Of a stretch of 64,000 nucleotides of DNA, positions 34,176 through 44,363 are shown in pieces. A model generated the notes under the pieces. It was not told the origin of the DNA and searched no databases. It saw nothing but the letters and a program-made list of their open reading frames with translations. Position 1 is the first letter of the stretch. Each line of letters begins with the position of its first letter. Source of the stretch: Mycobacteriales bacterium (GTDB lineage: Bacteria > Actinomycetota > Actinomycetes > Mycobacteriales > SCTD01); assembly GCA_030697205.1 (NCBI GenBank), contig JAUYQP010000015.1, positions 67,093 through 131,092 of the forward strand, in the 5' to 3' direction. A program made the position numbers and the translations under genes.

Positions 34176-35139
34176 CCGGCACGCGCCGGCACCGGTGGTC
34201 TGGTGCGCCCAGCAGTCGCCCACCTGGCGGCGGCACCCGGACGCTCAGAAGCGGGCGCCGACGGGGGCCAGTGCCCGCTGCATGGGTGCGCAGTGGACGA
34301 GAGGCGCCGTAGGCGAACACCCAGAAGCCGACCGTTGCGACGGAGAACACCAGTACCTGCAGGACCGACCCGTGGGGGTCGCCGTTGACGACCATGACCA
34401 CCGCCATGGCGGTGACCGACGGGGGCACCAGGGCAAACCAACCCAGGACGGCGTAGGTGGCCTTGCGCCCCGCCGGGACGCCGCGCCTCAGGAGGACCGA
34501 GGCCCAGATGGTGAGGGGCACCACGACGCCGAGGTCGAGGGTGAGGATCGTCCAGAACATCCCCGACTCACGGGTGAGGTCCGGCGGGATCGCGGACTCC
34601 TGCCAGCTCCCGGCGGGCACTGACAGGTAGCGCGAGACGACGAAGGCCGCGAGCACCAGCAGCAAGGTCGCGTGGCGCCGGTCGACGGGCCGGCTCGTCG
34701 TCGGGAGGGCAGTCGCGGCGACCGCGGACCACGCACCGAGAGCCACCGCCGCGCTGAGCACGAACAGCCCGAGGTGGAGCGGCAGGACCCGCGGGTAATA
34801 GGTGTAGCCGGGACCTACGAGGTACTGGAGCATCATGTAGGCCGCGTAGGTGGCCGGGCCGAGAGCGAGGACCGGACCCGCCTGCCGGCCTCGCCAGGTC
34901 AACGCGGCACTCACTGCGGTCAGGGGCACGACGAGCAGGAGCGTCACGGCTTCCAGCCCGATGGTCTGGTTGCGCAGCGTCTCGCTGAAGGGGTAGCTGA
35001 CCAGGCCGGTGAGCAGCGGCCCGAGCACCGCGTTCAACGCCAGACCTGCAGCGAGCAGCAGGGTGGCCAGAGCCAGGGGGCGACCCCCTCGCCGGCCGAC
35101 CGGAGGATCTGCGAGTCGCGGTGGCAACGTGGTCGTCAC
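34126..35139 (-). CDS. hypothetical polytopic membrane protein (3' end uncertain)
   Basis: About 8 hydrophobic helices from the GTG at 35139; last ~55 codons are Arg/Pro-rich and overlap the convergent gene, so the true stop may differ. Confidence 0.45.
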   Translation of the reverse strand: MTTTLPPRLADPPVGRRGGRPLALATLLLAAGLALNAVLGPLLTGLVSYPFSETLRNQTIGLEAVTLLLVVPLTAVSAALTWRGRQAGPVLALGPATYAAYMMLQYLVGPGYTYYPRVLPLHLGLFVLSAAVALGAWSAVAATALPTTSRPVDRRHATLLLVLAAFVVSRYLSVPAGSWQESAIPPDLTRESGMFWTILTLDLGVVVPLTIWASVLLRRGVPAGRKATYAVLGWFALVPPSVTAMAVVMVVNGDPHGSVLQVLVFSVATVGFWVFAYGASRPLRTHAAGTGPRRRPLLSVRVPPPGGRLLGAPDHRCRRVPVRPGTRPPRSGCGPGR

Positions 35140-35294
35140 AACTGCACACCCTCGGTCTCGGCGGACGTGCGGGTGAGGGCGGCAAGGCGATGGACCGTCG
35201 TGGTCATGCACGTCCCCTTCCGTCGAACCCGACGATCCAGGTCTCGACCGCTGGTGGGTAGTGCCGAACGTCCCGCCTCGAGGCATGTGGCCGG

Positions 35295-36893
35295 TCAGGC
35301 GCCAGCGAGGTCTCGACGCGCCAGAAGGACCATCCCCGCGGCCGTCACGACAGACGCAAGACCCAGCATGAGGAGCCCCGCCGTCACCGCGTAGGGCTCG
35401 ACGGGCACGACCGCCAGGTGCTGGAAGGGCGACACGTCCCTCACCCAGAGCGGAAGACCCACACCCTGGCCGAGGGCGGGGAGAAGGTAGGCAACGGCCG
35501 AGACCGACGCCGAGCCGACCACCGTCACCCGGGGCAGCGTGGCGAAGAGCAGGACGGCCACGGCTGCCAGGAGGAACGCCACGGGAACGGTGCTCCAGGT
35601 CGCGCCGACGGCAGCGCCCAAGGACAGCTCTGCTCCGGCCAGGCGACCCCCGGCCCACATGCTGGTGCCGGTCGTCGTCGCGAGGACGACGACCCCCGCA
35701 CCGGCGACGAGCACGTGACCCCCGACCCACCGCGCGCGCGAGAGCGGCCTCGCGAACAGGTGGTCGAGGCGGGCCGACTCCTCCTCGGCCCGGGCCGCAC
35801 CGAGACGCCAGCAGGCGAACAGCGCGAAGGCCAGCCCGAACAGCGAGCTCATGAACCCCACCATGCCGTCGGAGACGTCGGACACGTCGATGCCGTAGCT
35901 GCCGAGGGTCGTGCGCAGCTGCGGGTCGTCGAGCAGGTAGTCGACGAGAGTCGGCAGCAACGAGCCGATCAGCGCGGCGTACGCCGCGAGGCCGACACCC
36001 CACGCGAGCAGCGCCCCCCGACCGCAGCGCCATGTGAAGGCGAGGGACGACCCGAGCAGGCGGGTCCGTGCCGTTCGCCGCGCGTCGCTGGCGAGCACCG
36101 CTCCGCCGGTGTCACGCGCCCCGCGGAGCGAGCAGGCCACCGTGACGAGGACGACCGGGGTGAGCAGCAGCAGGCCCAGCGCTGTCCAGGAGGTGTCGCC
36201 GTACGGCTGGAGCTCGTCGACCCACCCGTAGGGCGTGGTCCAGCGCAGCCACGCCCACTGGTCAGTGCTGTTGCCGACCATGCGGAGCAGATAGCAGCCG
36301 GCCAGCACGGCGGACGCGACCCCCACCGCGCGGCGCCGCACGTCGAAGAGCTGGGCGATGACGCCTGCCAGGCCTGCGGCGGTCGCGACGAAGCAGGCCA
36401 GGCCCACCCCGAACAGGCCGGCTCCGCCCGGCGGCACGCCCCACGCGACGAGCACGACCACGCAGGCAGCGCTGAAGAGCGCCCCGGCGGCGACGGCGAC
36501 CAGCAGCTGGAGCGCCAGCACGCGCCGGGCGGGGAGCGGGGCGACGAGCAGCAGCGAGCAGCGGTCGCTCTCCTCGTCGGCCCGGGTGACGCGGAGCACG
36601 GCCAGCAGGACCCAGATGGCCGCGACCGTCTGAAGGAACCACCCGCCGTCCCAGGCCACGAACCCACCGGTGGTGTCGAGGTCACGCGCGAGGCCCTGCA
36701 GCATCCGCACAGCGGGGTTGTCCTGGAAGTCCGCCAGTCGCGCGCGTGACTCCGCGGTCGGGTAGGTCTGCTCGTAGCTGACGATCTCCAGCGCGACGTA
36801 GGACGCGCCGAACGCTGCCAGCAGCAGCGCGCCACGGCGCACCAGTCGGCTCGACAGGGCGACGACCGCCCGGTGCGCGCCGAGGTCGCTCAC
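35295..36893 (-). CDS. ABC-2-type exporter permease (12-TM, fused)
   Basis: 532 aa polytopic protein; start overlaps the ATPase stop. Confidence 0.75.
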   Translation of the reverse strand: MSDLGAHRAVVALSSRLVRRGALLLAAFGASYVALEIVSYEQTYPTAESRARLADFQDNPAVRMLQGLARDLDTTGGFVAWDGGWFLQTVAAIWVLLAVLRVTRADEESDRCSLLLVAPLPARRVLALQLLVAVAAGALFSAACVVVLVAWGVPPGGAGLFGVGLACFVATAAGLAGVIAQLFDVRRRAVGVASAVLAGCYLLRMVGNSTDQWAWLRWTTPYGWVDELQPYGDTSWTALGLLLLTPVVLVTVACSLRGARDTGGAVLASDARRTARTRLLGSSLAFTWRCGRGALLAWGVGLAAYAALIGSLLPTLVDYLLDDPQLRTTLGSYGIDVSDVSDGMVGFMSSLFGLAFALFACWRLGAARAEEESARLDHLFARPLSRARWVGGHVLVAGAGVVVLATTTGTSMWAGGRLAGAELSLGAAVGATWSTVPVAFLLAAVAVLLFATLPRVTVVGSASVSAVAYLLPALGQGVGLPLWVRDVSPFQHLAVVPVEPYAVTAGLLMLGLASVVTAAGMVLLARRDLAGA

Positions 36894-37780
36894 CGGACGA
36901 CGGTCTCGCGGTAGTAGGTCAGGAAGATCTCCTCCAGGCTCGGCTCGTGGCTGCGCAGCCTCGACACCCCTGCGGCGGCGAGCGCACCCAGGACCGGTGC
37001 CGGCGAGCCGGTCACGGTGAGGCGCAGCACCTGCCCCTCACGGACGACGCGGGTGACGCCCGGCTCGCCGCTCAGGTCGGGGACGACACCGTCGAAGCTC
37101 GCCTCCAGCTCGGTCGTCGCCCACCCCCGCAGCTCGTCCAGCGACGCCACGCGGACCAGCCGGCCTGCACGCAGGATCGCGACCCGGTGGCACAGGTCCT
37201 CCACCTCGTCGAGCACGTGGGACGAGAGGAAGACGGTCTGGCCTCTCTGCGCAGCCTCGCGCGCGAGCAGCTGGAACTCCGCCTCCATGAGCGGGTCGAG
37301 ACCTGACGTCGGCTCGTCGAGGAGCAGGACGGCAGGTCGGGTCATGAACGCCGCGACCAGCGCCACCTTCTGCCTGTTGCCCTTGGAGTAGGAACGGGCA
37401 CGCGTGCTGACGTCGAGTCGCAGGCGCTCGACGAGCTCGTCGCGAAAGGCCACGTCGACGCCACCGGACAGGTTGCCCAGCAGGGTCAGCGTCTCGACGC
37501 CCGTCAGCTGCGGCCACAGCGCCACGTCACCGGGCACGTGGGCCAGCTGCCGGTGCGATCGCACGACGTCGGTCGTCGGCACGCCCATGACCGTCGCGGT
37601 CCCTGAGGTGGCGCGCAGCAGCCCGAGCAGCAGGCGGATCGTGGTCGACTTCCCTGCGCCGTTGGGGCCGAGGAAGCCGAAGACCTCGCCCTGCTCCACG
37701 ACGAGATCGAGGCCGTCGAGTGCGGTCACGGCACCGAAGCGCTTGGTCAGCCCCTCGGTCCGGATCGCGGCCACCGTCAC
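36890..37780 (-). CDS. ABC transporter ATP-binding protein (DrrA-like)
   Basis: GPNGAGKST Walker A, YSKGNRQKV signature, LLLDEP Walker B. Confidence 0.9.
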   Translation of the reverse strand: MTVAAIRTEGLTKRFGAVTALDGLDLVVEQGEVFGFLGPNGAGKSTTIRLLLGLLRATSGTATVMGVPTTDVVRSHRQLAHVPGDVALWPQLTGVETLTLLGNLSGGVDVAFRDELVERLRLDVSTRARSYSKGNRQKVALVAAFMTRPAVLLLDEPTSGLDPLMEAEFQLLAREAAQRGQTVFLSSHVLDEVEDLCHRVAILRAGRLVRVASLDELRGWATTELEASFDGVVPDLSGEPGVTRVVREGQVLRLTVTGSPAPVLGALAAAGVSRLRSHEPSLEEIFLTYYRETVVR

Positions 37781-37846
37781 GGCGCCAGCCTCACCGACGG
37801 GACGACGGTCCGGCAGGGCCGAAGGTCCCGAGACGTCCGGGCGCCG

Positions 37847-38000
37847 TCAGCCGGTGTTGCGCAGCCCGGCCGCGATGCCGTGGACGGACAGGTGTCGCGA
37901 CCGTCCACGAGTGCTCCTCGACGACGCGGTCGAAGCACGGCCGGAGGTCCGGGTCGACGGGCCTGTCGACGTAGCGCCCCGCGGTCGCGAGGTCGGACGT
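37847..38000 (-). pseudogene. ppc: 3'-terminal relic of phosphoenolpyruvate carboxylase (ppc)
   Basis: Hand translation: ..SDLATAGRYVDRPVDPDLRPCFDRVVEEHSWTV, then a frame shift, then ..HLSVHGIAAGLRNTG*; the invariant PEPC C-terminus is ..GIAAGLRNTG. Confidence 0.55.
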
Positions 38001-38058
38001 CAGCGACGACGGCTCAGTACGGCAGGACCCGCGAGCGCAGCAGCACGGTGCCGTCCGT

Positions 38059-38436
38059 TCACGCGTCCGGGAACGCCCTGGTCATCACGGTCTGCAGGTC
38101 GAAGTAGTCGCGCCAGGCGGCGATCAGCCCGTCGCGGACCTCGAAGACACCGGCTACCGGCAGGTCGAGCCACTCGCCACCGATGAGGAAGCGATCGGTG
38201 CGCTCGTTCATGACGAGGTCGCCGGACTCGACCTGGCGGTGGGTGACCCACTCGGAGCCGCCGCACAGCGACAGCAGCTGGTCGGCGGTCTCGCGGACTG
38301 CGGCAGGTCCCGTCACGGCCGGCAGCATCATGTTCTGGTAGACGACGTCGTCGGCGAGCATCGGCAGGGCCGCGTCCCACTCTCCCTTCGCCGCCACCGT
38401 CAGGAACGCCGCTACGACCTCACCGGGACTCGTCAC
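38059..38436 (-). CDS. SnoaL/NTF2-like protein (limonene-1,2-epoxide-hydrolase-like)
   Basis: 125 aa; ..DDVVYQNMMLPAVTG..DLPVAGVFEVRDGLIAAWRDYFD pattern. Confidence 0.65.
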   Translation of the reverse strand: MTSPGEVVAAFLTVAAKGEWDAALPMLADDVVYQNMMLPAVTGPAAVRETADQLLSLCGGSEWVTHRQVESGDLVMNERTDRFLIGGEWLDLPVAGVFEVRDGLIAAWRDYFDLQTVMTRAFPDA

Positions 38437-38449
38437 GCCGGGGATCGTG

Positions 38450-39313
38450 TCAGGCCGCGGGCAGGACGTCGAGCGTGTCGGGGTCGGCGAGGTAGCCGCG
38501 GACGAGGCGCGCCAGCTTGGCGGCGTGGGCGCCGTCGACGACGCGGTGGTCGGCGGTGGCGGTGATGACGATTCGCGGACGCACGACGACCTCACCGTCG
38601 ACGGCCATCGGGGCGTCGGCGACCGCACCGATGCAGATGTAGAGCGGGACGCGCGCGAACGGCAGCGGTGCGACGTAGCCCTCGTCGAGGCCGAAGGACC
38701 CGATGTTGGTGACGAACAGCGACCCGAGCGGGTGGGCCGGCTGCCCGAAGGCCGGCACGCCGAGGCCGCCGTTGAGGATCGAGGCGACCCACAGCAGCGG
38801 GCGCATGAGGAACCACGGGACCCGGCGGGCGATGCCGGTGGAGGTCGTGTGGGCCCGGTCGGCCCGGGCCCGGAGCCGGGCCGCGCCGACCTCGAGCTCC
38901 CCCGCGACCTCCACGACGGTCTTGGCGTCGACGTCGCGCACCTTCGTCGGCGCGAGGTCGTCGCCCCCGTCGATGTCGACCGCGAAGGCGACGTCCTGGC
39001 CGCCGTCGAAGCGGCGCAGCCGACCGAAGGCGACGCGGTGGCGGAACGCCGGCACCTGCAGGATCCCGCGGGCGAAGGCCATGCCGACGACGGCCGCCGG
39101 GGTGACCTGCACCCCGGCCTCGGCCCTTTTGCGCGCGCAGTAGGCAAGGACGGCGCTCGCGTCGACCGCCATCCGCGCGTGCAGCCGCGCCTCCTTGGGG
39201 GCTCGCCACGTGGCGATGGCGATCTTGCGGCGCTGACTGGGTGCGGGCACCCGCCTACCCTGCCACTGCTCGGGGCCGGCGAGCAGCACATGGCGCACCG
39301 ACAGGAACTTCAC
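38450..39313 (-). CDS. 2-oxoacid dehydrogenase E2-type acyltransferase, catalytic domain only (start uncertain)
   Basis: C-terminal DHRVVDG catalytic motif; no lipoyl or PSBD domains; only 23 bp to the divergent gene, so the start may be internal. Confidence 0.65.
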   Translation of the reverse strand: MKFLSVRHVLLAGPEQWQGRRVPAPSQRRKIAIATWRAPKEARLHARMAVDASAVLAYCARKRAEAGVQVTPAAVVGMAFARGILQVPAFRHRVAFGRLRRFDGGQDVAFAVDIDGGDDLAPTKVRDVDAKTVVEVAGELEVGAARLRARADRAHTTSTGIARRVPWFLMRPLLWVASILNGGLGVPAFGQPAHPLGSLFVTNIGSFGLDEGYVAPLPFARVPLYICIGAVADAPMAVDGEVVVRPRIVITATADHRVVDGAHAAKLARLVRGYLADPDTLDVLPAA

Positions 39314-39336
39314 GTCGCGTGGCGAAGTGAAGGGAC

Positions 39337-41229
39337 ATGCGCGTCCCAGCCCGCCTTGCCCTCGCCGCCGCCCTGACCGCTGGTGCGCTCACGCCGCTCA
39401 CCGGTCTCGGCACCTCCAGCGCTGCCCCCGCGGGTGTCTTCGAGCCGAAGCCGGCCTCGAAGGCGCTCTACGGCACGAAGGCGCCCGACGCCGACCCCGA
39501 GCGCCAGCAGCACGTGGTCGAGGCCGCCGACGGCATCGACCTCTACGTCGAGACCTGGCTGCCCGCGGCCAAGGGCAAGGCCGTGCCGCCGAAGCGGGTG
39601 CCGACCGTCCTGATCATGACGCCCTACGTCAGCCAGGGCGTGAAGCGCTACGGCACCAACGGACGCGCGGACATCATTGACTACCTCACGCAGCGCGGCT
39701 ACGCCGTGGCGCAGGCCCACGTCCGCGGCACCGGCGAGTCCGGCGGCTGCCTGGAGCAGACCGCGGCCAACCAGATCGACGACGGCGCGCGGGTCGTGGA
39801 GTACCTCGGCCGCGACGCCGCCTGGGCCAGCGGCGCGGTCGGGATGTACGGCATCTCCTACGACGGCGAGACCCAGATCTCGGTCGCCGGCCTCGGCGAC
39901 AAGAGCAAGACCAAGTACCTCAAGGCGATCATCCCCGTCGAGAGCGTCAGCGGGCAGTACGAGTACTCCAACTACGACGGCGTCCCCTTCGCGGGTCAGG
40001 CCGCGCTGTCCAACGGCGCCTACCTGCTCGAGACCCTGGCACCGGGCGCCAACCCCTCACCCGGGCAGTACGCCGGGAAGCTCGACTGCCAGCCAGAGCT
40101 CTTCGCGACGTCGGCCGACCCGACCGGCAACCTCAACGCCGGCTGGAAGGCGCGCGAGTACCGCGCGGGCGCCAGCACGATCACCGCCGCGACCATGCAC
40201 GTCCACGGCTTCCAGGACTACAACGTGCTCCCCGTTGCCGCGACCGGCTTCTTCGACCGGATCCCGGCCTCCACCCCGCGGATGGGCCTCTACGGCATGT
40301 GGGCCCACAACTTCCCGGACAGCCACGGCAGTGTCGCCGCTGACTTCGAGCGCGCGGACTGGCTGCCGATGGTGACGGCCTGGTACGACCGCCACCTCAA
40401 GGGCCTCAAGACCGGCACCGAGAAGTGGCCGACCGTGCAGGTGCAGGCCACCGACGGCAGCTGGCGCGCGGAGAAGGACTTCCCCGGCACCGGCGGCCCG
40501 GTCGGCCAGCTCGCCCTCGGCCCCGAGGCCACCCTCGGCACGACCCAGCCCAGCGGCGGCACGACCTACACCGAGGGCACGTCCGTCGTCAGCGGCGGCG
40601 GCACCGAGGCCGGCTTCACCACCCCGCCGCTGCGGTCCGCGCTGCACCTGACGGGACAGCCGGTGCTGGACCTGTGGCTCACGACCGACCGCCCCGACGG
40701 GCACGTGTCCGCGACCGTCGAGGCGCTCGACGCCGACGGCCAGGTCCTGCAGGTCCCCGGCTCGAGCATCCCGGTCGCGACCTACGGGCACCGCTCGCTG
40801 CAGCACCTGCAGCCGATCACCGAGAACTGGTTCCGCCAGGAGTCGCTCGGTCTGCCCGCGACCAACACGCCGCTGCGCGTGCAGGTGCGACTGATGCCCG
40901 TCGACATCGTCGTCCCGAAGGGCGGCCGTCTGCGCGTCACGGTCTCCGGCAGCGGCACCGAGCCGCGCCAGACCGTGCCGTCGGGGACGGCCTCCCGGAT
41001 CACGCTGCTGCACGACTGCGCGCACCCGAGCGCCCTGCGCTTCGTGACCGCGCGCCCCGACGCCCCGAAGCTCGACGTCCGCGAGGTCGACGAGGAGGGC
41101 TCGCTGAAGGGCACCTCGCAGGCCCGCCGCGCCGTCGATGGCGGACTGGCCTCGGCGAAGGTCTGCGGCAAGGCACCGGCGCGCCTCGAGGCCTTCGTCC
41201 CGACCCGCACGCTCGTCACGAAGCGTTAG
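39337..41229 (+). CDS. secreted CocE/NonD-family (S15, X-Pro dipeptidyl-peptidase-like) hydrolase
   Basis: Signal peptide; GISYDG nucleophile elbow; 630 aa. Confidence 0.8.
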   Translation: MRVPARLALAAALTAGALTPLTGLGTSSAAPAGVFEPKPASKALYGTKAPDADPERQQHVVEAADGIDLYVETWLPAAKGKAVPPKRVPTVLIMTPYVSQGVKRYGTNGRADIIDYLTQRGYAVAQAHVRGTGESGGCLEQTAANQIDDGARVVEYLGRDAAWASGAVGMYGISYDGETQISVAGLGDKSKTKYLKAIIPVESVSGQYEYSNYDGVPFAGQAALSNGAYLLETLAPGANPSPGQYAGKLDCQPELFATSADPTGNLNAGWKAREYRAGASTITAATMHVHGFQDYNVLPVAATGFFDRIPASTPRMGLYGMWAHNFPDSHGSVAADFERADWLPMVTAWYDRHLKGLKTGTEKWPTVQVQATDGSWRAEKDFPGTGGPVGQLALGPEATLGTTQPSGGTTYTEGTSVVSGGGTEAGFTTPPLRSALHLTGQPVLDLWLTTDRPDGHVSATVEALDADGQVLQVPGSSIPVATYGHRSLQHLQPITENWFRQESLGLPATNTPLRVQVRLMPVDIVVPKGGRLRVTVSGSGTEPRQTVPSGTASRITLLHDCAHPSALRFVTARPDAPKLDVREVDEEGSLKGTSQARRAVDGGLASAKVCGKAPARLEAFVPTRTLVTKR

Positions 41230-41473
41230 CCCCAGGGGCTGGTCCCTGAGCCCAGCACCTCAGTGGCACAGCCTCCGCGGTGCGGGCGGCGGGCGGTCCT
41301 CACCGCGCCGCACCGATCCCTCACCTCGTGGCCTGTCACCTCGACGATCCCTTCTGCTTCCAGTCCGGCTCCTGTCGCCGCTCCCGCTGCCACGCCACGC
41401 GTCGGCCGGCGCTGGCGTGCGGCGAACTGGACGCAACTCGGATCGGTGACGGGTCGGCGGGGACGCGATCGGG

Positions 41474-43093
41474 TCAGCAGCGGGCGGGGGACGGGGCCTT
41501 CGCGGTGAGCAGGTAGGCGTCGACGCGCTCGCGGATGCAGGCCTTCGCGCCGGCGCGGTAGACGGTGTGGCCGTCGCCCTCGTTGATGAGCAGCACGCCC
41601 TTGTCGAGCTGCTCGGCGAGAGCCACCGACCACTCGTACGGCGTGGCGGGGTCACGCGTCGTCCCGATGACGACGACGGGCGGCGCCCCCTTGCCCGTGA
41701 CCGTGCGCGGCTCCATGACCTCGGCGACCGGCCACGGCGCGCAGGCCAGGCCCGACAGGGCGATCGCGGGCCCGAAGCGGGGCGCGTCCTCGCGGACCCG
41801 GTCGGCGAGGGCGAGGTAGTCCGCGGTGCCGGACGGCCACGGCCGGTCGATGCAGTTGACGGCGACGTTGGCCTCGAGGACGTTCTCGTAGCCCGAGCCG
41901 GTGCGGTCGAGGTAGCGATCGTTCATCGCGAGGATCTCCGCGCCCCTGCCGCGGTGGGCCTGCACGAGCGCGGACGCGAGGGTGGGCCAGAGGTTCTTGC
42001 TGTAGAGGCCGTAACCCGCGCCGAGTGAGAACTCGCCCGGCCCGACGGTGCGGCTGCCCACGCCGGCGATCGCCTTGTTGTCGATCCGCGCGGCGAGCGC
42101 GTCGAACTCCTCGAGCAGGTCACCGTCGACCTCGTCGCGCCACGGGCAGGAGGTCCGCTCGCAGTCGTCCATGAAGGCGCCGAGCGCGAGGTCGAAGCCC
42201 TTGCTCTGGCCCTCGAGCAGCTTGTCCCAGGTCAGCCGCGGATCGAGCGCGCCGTCGAGCACCATTGCGCGGACCTTGGTCGGGTGCCGCTCGAGGTAGG
42301 TCGCGCCGATGGCGGTGCCGTAGGAGTAGCCGAGGTAGGTGAGCGTGTCGTCACCGAGCGCTGCGCGGACGCGGTCGAGGTCGTCGGCCGCCTCGCGGGT
42401 CGAGACGTAGGGCAGGACCCGGCCGGACCGCTGCTGGCAACCGGCGGACAGCTTCGCGTTGCCGGCGACGTAGGCCGTGAGCTCCGCGTCGGTGTCGGGC
42501 GTCGGGTCGAGGTGGTAGTAGCGGTCGAGGTCCGCGGTGCTCGCGCAGCGGACCGGCGCGGTCCGCCCGACACCTCGGGGGTCGAAGGCCACCAGGTCGA
42601 AGCGGGCCCGCACGCCGGCCGGGATCGCGGTCCAGGCGGCCTGCAGGTAGCCGACCGCGGACGAGCCGGGACCACCGGGGTTGATGACCAGCGAGCCGAT
42701 CCGGTCGGCCGGCCGGGTCGCCCGCTTGCGGGTCAGCGCCAGCGTGACCGTCCCCTTGGTGGCGTCGGCGACGTCGAGCGGCACCTTCAGCGACGAGCAC
42801 TGGAAGCCGTCGTCGCCGCAGGGCTTCCAGGGCGCGAGCGTCGCCGCGGGGGCGGGTGCCGTCGCTGTGCTCGAGGCCGTCGGCGTGGCGGTCACGGACG
42901 CGCTCGGGGTCGCCGAGGCGCTCACCGACGGGGTCGCGGTGGTCATCGGCGCGGCCTGCGGGTCGTCACCGCCGCACGCCGCGGCGAGCAGCGACAGGGC
43001 GAGCAGGGCGGTCACGAGACGGGGCGGGGTCACCCTCCCAGTGTCCGACACGTCCCTGTCCTGCGGGAGGGGTCCCGGTCTCGATCCGGTCAC
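41474..43093 (-). CDS. secreted alpha/beta-hydrolase lipoprotein, tripeptidyl-aminopeptidase (S33, TAP-like)
   Basis: Lipobox LLAAAC; GYSYG nucleophile elbow; TAP-like C-terminus; 539 aa. Confidence 0.8.
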   Translation of the reverse strand: MTGSRPGPLPQDRDVSDTGRVTPPRLVTALLALSLLAAACGGDDPQAAPMTTATPSVSASATPSASVTATPTASSTATAPAPAATLAPWKPCGDDGFQCSSLKVPLDVADATKGTVTLALTRKRATRPADRIGSLVINPGGPGSSAVGYLQAAWTAIPAGVRARFDLVAFDPRGVGRTAPVRCASTADLDRYYHLDPTPDTDAELTAYVAGNAKLSAGCQQRSGRVLPYVSTREAADDLDRVRAALGDDTLTYLGYSYGTAIGATYLERHPTKVRAMVLDGALDPRLTWDKLLEGQSKGFDLALGAFMDDCERTSCPWRDEVDGDLLEEFDALAARIDNKAIAGVGSRTVGPGEFSLGAGYGLYSKNLWPTLASALVQAHRGRGAEILAMNDRYLDRTGSGYENVLEANVAVNCIDRPWPSGTADYLALADRVREDAPRFGPAIALSGLACAPWPVAEVMEPRTVTGKGAPPVVVIGTTRDPATPYEWSVALAEQLDKGVLLINEGDGHTVYRAGAKACIRERVDAYLLTAKAPSPARC

Positions 43094-43099
43094 CGCACC

Positions 43100-43582
43100 T
43101 CACCAGGGGACGACGGCTCGGTCCTCCCACAGCAGCCCGGTCGGCCCCTCGTCACGGCACGCCAGCCAGACCGCGGTCTCGGCGCCCTCCTCCGCGGAGC
43201 GCGGCGCGTCGAGACCGCCCATGTCGGTGCGGCAGCCGAGGTTGGTGCCGAGGACCCGGCGCCACTCCTCGGGCGTCGTGCGCAGCGGCTTCGCGGCCCG
43301 CTGGCTCATCACCCCGGCGGCGTGGACCAGGACGTCCACAGGCTGTTCCGCACTGACGGCGGCCAGCCGGCGTACCTGCTCGAGGTCTGCCACGTCGAGC
43401 GCGACCCCTGTCGCGTCGAGGCCCTCCTCGTCGAGCGCGTCGACCGCCGCGTCGAGCCGCTCGGCGTCGCGGCCGACCAGGACGAGCCGCGCCCCCTGCG
43501 CCCCGAGGCCACGCGCGGCAGCGAGGCCGATGCCGCGGCTCCCACCGGTCACCAGTGCGCTCCGACCCGCGAGCGCTCCCAT
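43100..43582 (-). pseudogene. short-chain dehydrogenase with in-frame deletion of the catalytic core
   Basis: TGGSRGIG Rossmann N-terminus runs to ..VLGTNLG, then jumps straight to a carbonyl-reductase-type tail (C)RTDMGG..SAEEGAETAVWLA; no Ser/YxxxK segment; 160 aa. Confidence 0.6.
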
Positions 43583-43688
43583 GCCCGTCAGCCTGCTGCT
43601 GACGGGACCGCTGCGCCACCGGGAGCCTGCACAGGCCCTGCACACAAGGCACGCGCGACGGGCACCTGCGACCCCTAGCCTCCGAGAC

Positions 43689-44359
<671 letters not shown>

Positions 44360-44363
<4 letters not shown>

